Below, piece after piece: positions 63,072 to 64,000 of a DNA stretch of 64,000 nt. Both the position numbers and the translations under genes were made by a program. Under the pieces are notes generated by a model, which ran no database searches, was not told the origin of the DNA, and saw only the letters and a program-made list of their open reading frames with translations. This DNA is from Takakia lepidozioides (taxonomy: Eukaryota > Plantae > Bryophyta). Numbering within the stretch: the first letter of the stretch is position 1; each line of letters starts with the position of its first letter. The stretch covers positions 30,752,001 through 30,816,000 of the forward strand of contig CM060732.1 of assembly GCA_030704615.1 (NCBI GenBank). The letters run 5' to 3'.

Positions 63072-64000
63072 TTGTCAAGCTAGTTTTCGCAGTTGAATTG
63101 AATTACGCACTTTTAGGGGGTTGATCAACTGAATTGCGATGCATTTCACATCCAGGCCTTTTTGGAATTCCCTACCTGGAGTGCGTTGCAGCTAGGAACG
63201 CCCGCGCCAGGCTGACAAGTGTGTTACGGAACGCAAGCCCAACGTTGTTCATGCTCAGGAAAGAACCGGGGCACGGGGGTTCTGCCCTCGTGGGGGCGAA
63301 AACTGGTGAACCCCCTTGCCCCGGTTCTTTACCCTACACATGACAGGCCATGGAGGCTAAAGAAGGGGACACCACCCCGGAACTTCAGTGACAGGGGTAG
63401 GTCCTAAGGGAAATTAGAGAAATGAAGAACAATGGAGATAAAAACTAAGGGATCTCTTGTCTACGCTTGGAAGGCTCAAAAGAGAGTTGCGCCTTGCCAT
63501 CTTTCTCTACGAATACCACGCTTGTGCCTCCAGTTCATGTCTGAATGTTTCCCATCCGCAGGAGAAAGTCGAGTGCTAATTGAACTGCCAGCACGCCAGG
63601 AGGGTGTCGTTCCAGTCAATAGAGGTATCTGAGGTTCTGTTGCAGAGGTAGCCATTCTTCACCCAGGTGTTGTCATGACATGTGAGTAATTGCCTTCTTC
63701 TCCCCTCAGAACCTTTGGAAAGAGCTGCACACAGCACGGTCCAAGCTTTCCTGGCTTCAGACAACAGGTCTGAGTGGATTCTATACATAATATAAATCTT
63801 TCTGACACAACGAAACTGTCCACTGTAACATTTGGATCTCCAAATGTGCCAGCGTGTATGTGCTCTAAGGACTACCCACATCGGGCAATGGCTCCAGACC
63901 GGTGAGATTGGACATTTCACAGCAAAACAGTAGCATCATTTGTGCAGGAATCATTCCACAGAGCATAGAAATGTAGAGCCCGATCCCAAATAGACAAAGA

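Larger units (their letters stand above)
61366..63173. mobile_element. MITE with ~150-bp TIRs, right TIR interrupted by N2
   Basis: AGGGAATTCCAAAAAGGCC... versus ...GGCCTTTTTGGAATTCCCT; internal CAATTCAATTGAATTG palindromes; imperfect flanking repeat ACTTGGAG/ACCTGGAG. Confidence 0.8.

Overview
Eukaryotic (land-plant, probably non-seed-plant) genomic DNA with spliceosomal introns and one 500-N scaffold gap (5140-5639). Two host genes flank a ~50-kb pile of nested transposons: a truncated ETF-ubiquinone oxidoreductase fragment on the left and an apparently intact five-exon pectate lyase on the right. The pile holds a decayed hAT, two Ty3/Gypsy LTR elements (one complete, 5-bp TSD, long extra ORF after pol), a LINE scrap, a MITE, and several copies of one Mutator-like (MULE) family. 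That family has short asymmetric ends, 9-10-bp TSDs and a WRKY/GCM1-DDE-SWIM transposase. Its cargo is the main finding: an intron-containing gene that appears to join a ParB/Srx-like domain to a prokaryote-style beta-class N4C/N6A DNA-methyltransferase fold. The gene is accompanied by tandem arrays of palindromes sharing the core GT-TG-AC(G), including an 8.5-kb array of 115-bp units. At least four inversions can be reconstructed from split reading frames and inverted TSDs. All domain assignments are by eye from motifs; no searches were run.
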